Assembly: GCA_050246815.1 (NCBI GenBank)
Contig: JBFWVI010000006.1
Location: forward strand, 1 to 25,968
Source of the DNA: Bdellovibrionales bacterium
GTDB lineage: Bacteria; Bdellovibrionota; Bdellovibrionia; Bdellovibrionales; UBA1609
Length of the DNA stretch: 25,968 nucleotides
Reading direction: 5' to 3'
The position numbers were made by a program, and so were the translations under genes. The stretch's first letter is position 1. Each line of letters begins with the position of its first letter. Below the pieces are notes generated by a model. That model searched no databases, was not told where the DNA came from, and saw only the letters and a list, made by a program, of their open reading frames with translations. Below are positions 24,487 to 25,968 of this stretch, one piece after another.

Positions 24487-25254
24487 CTAGTGAATATAAA
24501 ACCGAAACGTGATCCCAGCCGTTAACCCACCCAAGTCCAATTTGCGGGCCGTGCCATCGTGATTCAGCATTGAATCGCCCTTGGCCACAGCTCCTTGAGA
24601 GATCGTGGTATTGGCGGCTTTGTGTTTGAAGTTGTCGACCACCAAGTGACGATAGCCAAAATCCAAACTGAACGTGGTGTTGTCGACAAACATGGTTTCA
24701 AAACCCAGACCCAATTGGCCACTGATGCCGCTGCCATCACCTTTTTCAGTGTGCGAGGTGACAGGACTGAACGCGGTCAAGCCGGTCGAAGTCATGTCGT
24801 ATTGGTTGTCCAAGGTGACAAAGCTGTACCCGACGGCCGCATAACCGTAAAAGCGCACGCTTTCCATCGCGCTGTAAACATATTCGATCGTCAGCGTGGG
24901 ACTGTAAGCGAAAACTGCGGAATGCAAAGTAAACAACTCGGCGTCCGAAGCATTTTTGCCCTTGATCTCAAGTTCCTTGGGGCGCAACGCCTCAATCCCC
25001 AAACGAACACTCAATGGTCCGCCCGAAAACTGCACGCCGATCTCGCCGAAAAAATTAAAAGCCACATCGCTATTGCTGAAAACGGTGCTGACTCCGCTGG
25101 AGTTTGCGAAGGCATCTTGTGCCAGTTGTGAATTGATGCCCCCGCCCCGCACAAAACCCGCGACCGTGCGGTCTTTAAAGGAAAAAACTCGGGCCTCTGC
25201 CGCCAGTGGCGACAAAAGCAAGGCCATGAGCAAAATATGAGAGTGCTTCAGCAT
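24487..25254 (-). CDS. Outer-membrane beta-barrel protein (OmpW/OmpA-like, about 8 strands with long loops)
   Basis: Signal peptide (..SPLAAEA); strands FYGYAAVGYSFV, GQLGLGFET, FSLDFGYRHL and terminal GLTAGITFRFYIH. Confidence 0.72.
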   Translation of the reverse strand: MLKHSHILLMALLLSPLAAEARVFSFKDRTVAGFVRGGGINSQLAQDAFANSSGVSTVFSNSDVAFNFFGEIGVQFSGGPLSVRLGIEALRPKELEIKGKNASDAELFTLHSAVFAYSPTLTIEYVYSAMESVRFYGYAAVGYSFVTLDNQYDMTSTGLTAFSPVTSHTEKGDGSGISGQLGLGFETMFVDNTTFSLDFGYRHLVVDNFKHKAANTTISQGAVAKGDSMLNHDGTARKLDLGGLTAGITFRFYIH

Positions 25255-25262
25255 CGCTTGTC

Positions 25263-25805
25263 TTACTTTTTACGGGCCGGCGCCGCGTTTTTCTTTAGGT
25301 CCAACACAATGCGGGTGGCTTTGTTGGCCGACGGCATTTCAAACACTTCGACCGCCATCGGCTCATTTAAGGCCAAAACCAATGAAGCCGAACGGTCTTC
25401 GGGGTCCGACGTCAGCTCAACGCTTTTTATGTAGGGTGATCTTTTAAAAATCTGCTTCAGTTTGGCTTCTGTGACTGCCGAGCGCGACAGTTGGGCCAAG
25501 TCAATCACGATACGGGGCGGATTTTTCTCGATGCTGGCTTGAAAATAGCTGGCTTTGCCGGCAAGCGGTTTGCCCTCCAAGTCACCCAAATCCAAGATCA
25601 CCCGCTCCATCGCCATTTTTGTTGAAAGATCACGGCGCACATTCAGCAAAGAATACCCTTTGCCGGCCCGCCCACCGGTGACCACACCTTCGCTTAAATA
25701 GGCGTTCAGTTTTTTATCCAAAGCCTGTTTATATTGCGAGGCCGCCAAGGCCTGCCCGCCCCAAAGACTGCTTAAAAAGCATAATATATAGATATAGGTC
25801 TTCAT
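25263..25805 (-). CDS. Secreted AMIN-domain-like protein
   Basis: Signal peptide (..GGQALA); repeated ERVILDL / NPPRIVIDL / TRIVLDL strands typical of AMIN domains. ATG 25805 preceded by GGAGG. Confidence 0.68.
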   Translation of the reverse strand: MKTYIYILCFLSSLWGGQALAASQYKQALDKKLNAYLSEGVVTGGRAGKGYSLLNVRRDLSTKMAMERVILDLGDLEGKPLAGKASYFQASIEKNPPRIVIDLAQLSRSAVTEAKLKQIFKRSPYIKSVELTSDPEDRSASLVLALNEPMAVEVFEMPSANKATRIVLDLKKNAAPARKK

Positions 25806-25865
25806 TGATCTATCCTCCCCCACAACTGACTATTCTGCCCGAGACCCGGACTAACGCAACCCTGA

Positions 25866-25895
25866 ACCAAAAGGTGCCAGGCACCTTTTGGTGCC
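25866..25895. repeat. Nested palindromic element (REP-like)
   Basis: ACCAAAAGGTGCC-A-GGCACCTTTTGGT (13-bp perfect arms, 25866..25892) overlaps a second hairpin GGCACC-TTTT-GGTGCC (25880..25895). Confidence 0.7.
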
Positions 25896-25968
25896 AAAAA
25901 GCGGCGCTGGGGCCGTGAAATGTCTCCATGAGGACATTATTTCCACGTGATTTCAATGGGTTAAGACC

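Noticed and set aside
20330..25434. Alternative-frame and antisense ORFs over the kinase, fadD and OMP genes (e.g. 21385..21831, 24595..25131)
   Set aside because: They overlap strongly supported CDSs and show no protein-like features; expected by-products of codon bias.

Overview
A gene-dense chromosomal window, probably from a Bdellovibrionota-like (predatory deltaproteobacterial) genome; this is inferred from gene content and protein style and not proven. From left to right: (1) addA (5' part only, runs off the window) and addB, encoding the DNA-end resection helicase-nuclease; (2) an uncharacterised envelope cluster of three paralogous FadL/PorV/TraF-like outer-membrane barrels and two Cys-rich lipoproteins; (3) a ~9.2 kb minus-strand operon lying between the second lipoprotein and the third barrel. 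It encodes a secreted beta-helix protein resembling phosphate-starvation proteins such as Caulobacter ElpS, a TonB-dependent receptor, an ankyrin lipoprotein, ExbB, ExbD, a DUF3450/TtpB-like protein, a TtpC-like protein lacking most of its ExbB-like domain, a short TonB and a TPR-like protein, behind an 11-bp-periodic Pho-box-like repeat; (4) a small OMP, coaE, a membrane Ser/Thr kinase with a PEGA-like domain, a long-chain acyl-CoA ligase, another small OMP and an AMIN-like secreted protein; (5) a nested palindrome near the right end. The best candidates for an undescribed system are the rearranged Ttp/TonB2-type uptake operon and the barrel-plus-lipoprotein cluster it interrupts. I saw no rRNA, tRNA, CRISPR array, transposase or integrase. 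All family assignments come from motif recognition by eye; no database search was run.
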